Shown here: positions 62,072 to 64,000 of the stretch, piece by piece
Position numbering within the stretch: the first letter of the stretch is position 1
How the letters are laid out: every line of letters starts with the position of its first letter
From: an uncultured delta proteobacterium
GTDB taxonomy: Bacteria; Desulfobacterota; Binatia; UBA9968
DNA length: 64,000 nucleotides
NCBI GenBank assembly: GCA_963745035.1
Contig: CAVUVW010000019.1
Location: 64,001 to 128,000 of the forward strand
Reading direction: 5' to 3'
Notes under the pieces: model-generated
The model's input: the letters and a program-made list of their open reading frames with translations, nothing else
The model's database searches: none
What the model was told of the DNA's origin: nothing
Made by a program: the position numbers and the translations under genes

Positions 62072-62950
62072 TCATTTCTTCTTCGCTCTCGGTCCGAATG
62101 GCTCCGGTTGAAACGGGCCGTCGCGCATCTGAAGATACGCTTTGGTGCCTTGCGCCGTGCGCATTTCGTCAAGGGGCCGGCGGAACTCTTCGTTGAGCAT
62201 CATATGCGCGGGGATCGAAAGCGTTTCGTCCATCCGCAGTGCGTCGCGCAGCCCCATCATCTGCAAGCCCATCGTCGAAATTTGTAGATTGATCTTTACG
62301 GTCTCGGGCGGCACATGGGCGATGCGCTCGACGATCTTGAAGCACTCCTCGATCAACTGATCCACAGGGACTACTTTATTGACCAAGCCAATGCGCAGTG
62401 CTTCTTGCGCGTCGATGTGATCGCCGACCAGACCGTAGCGCAGAGCATTTTTAAAGCCGGCTAAAAGGGTCCACATGAAAGTGGTGTTCGAGCCGTGCCG
62501 CACTTCGGGCTGCGCGAAAACCGCGTCATCGGCGGCGATCGTGATATGCGTGTAGAGCGCCATCCAGCAGCCGCCGCCCATCGCCCATCCCCGCACGGCG
62601 CCGATCACCGGCTTGGTCATCTCGAAGATCCGGATAAGCTTCACGTCGTCGGCACTCCAATAGTTCATCAGATCCGCCGCGCTCATGCCGGTCTGAATGC
62701 CATAAGGCCACTGGATGTCTCTGCGCCGGCCGGTGGTCGTAGCCTGATCAAACCCGGAACTGAACGCGCGACCGGCGCCGGTGAGCACGATGGCGCGAAT
62801 TTCCGGATCGGCCTCGGCCTCGTCCAGGGCATGATGGATCTCTTTCAACATCGGCCGCGTGATCGCGTTGAGCGCTTCGGGGCGGTTCAAGGTGATCAAC
62901 ACGCCGCCGCGTTGCTTATCGTACAGAATTTCTTTGTAGTCGGGCATCAA
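62072..62950 (-). CDS. Enoyl-CoA hydratase/isomerase (crotonase) family
   Basis: ITLNRPEALNA, AFSSGFD, FAQPEVRH; close paralog of 57605-58483. Confidence 0.9.
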   Translation of the reverse strand: MMPDYKEILYDKQRGGVLITLNRPEALNAITRPMLKEIHHALDEAEADPEIRAIVLTGAGRAFSSGFDQATTTGRRRDIQWPYGIQTGMSAADLMNYWSADDVKLIRIFEMTKPVIGAVRGWAMGGGCWMALYTHITIAADDAVFAQPEVRHGSNTTFMWTLLAGFKNALRYGLVGDHIDAQEALRIGLVNKVVPVDQLIEECFKIVERIAHVPPETVKINLQISTMGLQMMGLRDALRMDETLSIPAHMMLNEEFRRPLDEMRTAQGTKAYLQMRDGPFQPEPFGPRAKKK

Positions 62951-62958
62951 TGCTCCTT

Positions 62959-62991
62959 GTTCAAACCGTTCAAGACGTTCAAGCCGTTCAA
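62959..62991 (+). repeat. GTTCAA 9-bp tandem arm
   Basis: GTTCAAACC GTTCAAGAC GTTCAAGCC GTTCAA. Confidence 0.75.
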
Positions 62992-63048
62992 TCCGTCAGA
63001 TGAGTCGGATTACTGCGGCGAACAAAAGACACGCTCATATCAACTAAT

Positions 63049-64000
63049 TTACCGATATTCGGTCTCGTAAAGTTTCTTGATGAAACCGCTCGCTTCGACT
63101 TCACGCACCAGGCTCTCGTCGAGGAATTGCTTGGGATCGGCGCCTTTGGCTTTCGGTTCTTCTCCGGCGATGAACTCGAGGGTTGTCTCCACTGCCTTGG
63201 GCATGGCGTAGGGCGCTCGGTTGTAAAACTTCTCGGCTAATAGATTGTAAGAAAGCTCCAGATATTTGACGTCTCGCTCCTGCGCGGATTGGATGCGCAG
63301 CTTCTTTTGCATGATCTCAACGCTTTCCTTTTTGTACTTGCGAAAATAGGCGAGCCCTTCGCAAACCGCTTTGATGAAGCGCAACGCCTGGTCGCGGTTG
63401 CGCTTGATATAGGTTTTGGTGCTGTCGATCGAGTTTTGCAGATAGTAAATTTCCATGTCGACGGGATCGCCCAGGATCCGATAGCCGCGCTCCTCCGCGA
63501 GAAAAAAGGTAGGGATCGTGAAGGCGCCGCCGTCGACGGCCCCTTTTTCCAAACTTGCGAACATGGCGGGTGAGGAGCCGAGTTGGAGCATCTTGATCTC
63601 GTCGGTGCGCATGCCCCATTTTCGCAGGAATAATTGGAGGACCCAATGCGACGCGGAACCGAAGCGTGTGACCGCGATGGTTTTCCCTTTGAGATCGCCC
63701 GGAGTTTTTATGTCGGACCGGACCATCAGTCTCTGCAAGCCGGTTTTCATCGGCGACGCGACGAGCACGCCGTCGGCGCCTCTAAGATCAGCGCGGATGA
63801 CTGCGTCGCCGCCGCCCACTGAAAATTGAATCTCGCCGGCGATCAGCGAGCTGACGACACGCGCGGCGCCGCCGCCGATGATAATCACCTCGACATCGAG
63901 GCCATGCTTCTTGAATAGGCCCTTCTCTTCAGCGACCCAGATGCTGCCCGAGGTCGCGCTGACGGAGCTGAGTCCGAGTCGGATCTTGTCCTGGGCGCGC
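63049..64000 (-). CDS. NitT/TauT solute-binding protein (5' end outside window)
   Basis: AQDKIRLGLSS..IWVAEEKGLFKKHGLDVE, DLKGKTIAVTRFGSAS. Confidence 0.87.
   Translation of the reverse strand, partial: RAQDKIRLGLSSVSATSGSIWVAEEKGLFKKHGLDVEVIIIGGGAARVVSSLIAGEIQFSVGGGDAVIRADLRGADGVLVASPMKTGLQRLMVRSDIKTPGDLKGKTIAVTRFGSASHWVLQLFLRKWGMRTDEIKMLQLGSSPAMFASLEKGAVDGGAFTIPTFFLAEERGYRILGDPVDMEIYYLQNSIDSTKTYIKRNRDQALRFIKAVCEGLAYFRKYKKESVEIMQKKLRIQSAQERDVKYLELSYNLLAEKFYNRAPYAMPKAVETTLEFIAGEEPKAKGADPKQFLDESLVREVEASGFIKKLYETEYR

Overview
GC-rich bacterial chromosome segment. The style (many orphan NitT/TauT-type binding proteins, amidohydrolase_2 enzymes, cupins, CoA enzymes) suggests Candidatus Binatia or a similar soil/sediment lineage; this is inference only. 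It carries uvrB(3' end)-uvrC-comEC, a plant-like thrC/cystathionine gamma-synthase pair, a prpC-prpD-prpB methylcitrate operon with a divergent acuI-like gene, and many catabolic modules. At least 12 solute-binding proteins occur with no permease or ATPase. Main observations: (1) a glutathione S-transferase whose catalytic Cys codon is an in-frame TGA followed 11 nt later by a SECIS-like hairpin, a probable selenoprotein missed by the ORF track; (2) a 1.67-kb element encoding an uncharacterised 525-aa Y-x-K/R-x-E plus winged-helix protein, with no terminal inverted repeats or target duplication, inserted inside a CACGAAG repeat unit; (3) an IS30 inserted in a CGTC-type REP that supplies its stop codon, forming a nested insertion stack with (2); (4) a small GIY-YIG nuclease bracketed by four copies of a 27-bp palindrome that also occurs without it; (5) several families of tandem-unit palindromic intergenic repeats. 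About ten single-base frameshifts look like long-read sequencing errors. No rRNA, tRNA or CRISPR array was seen.
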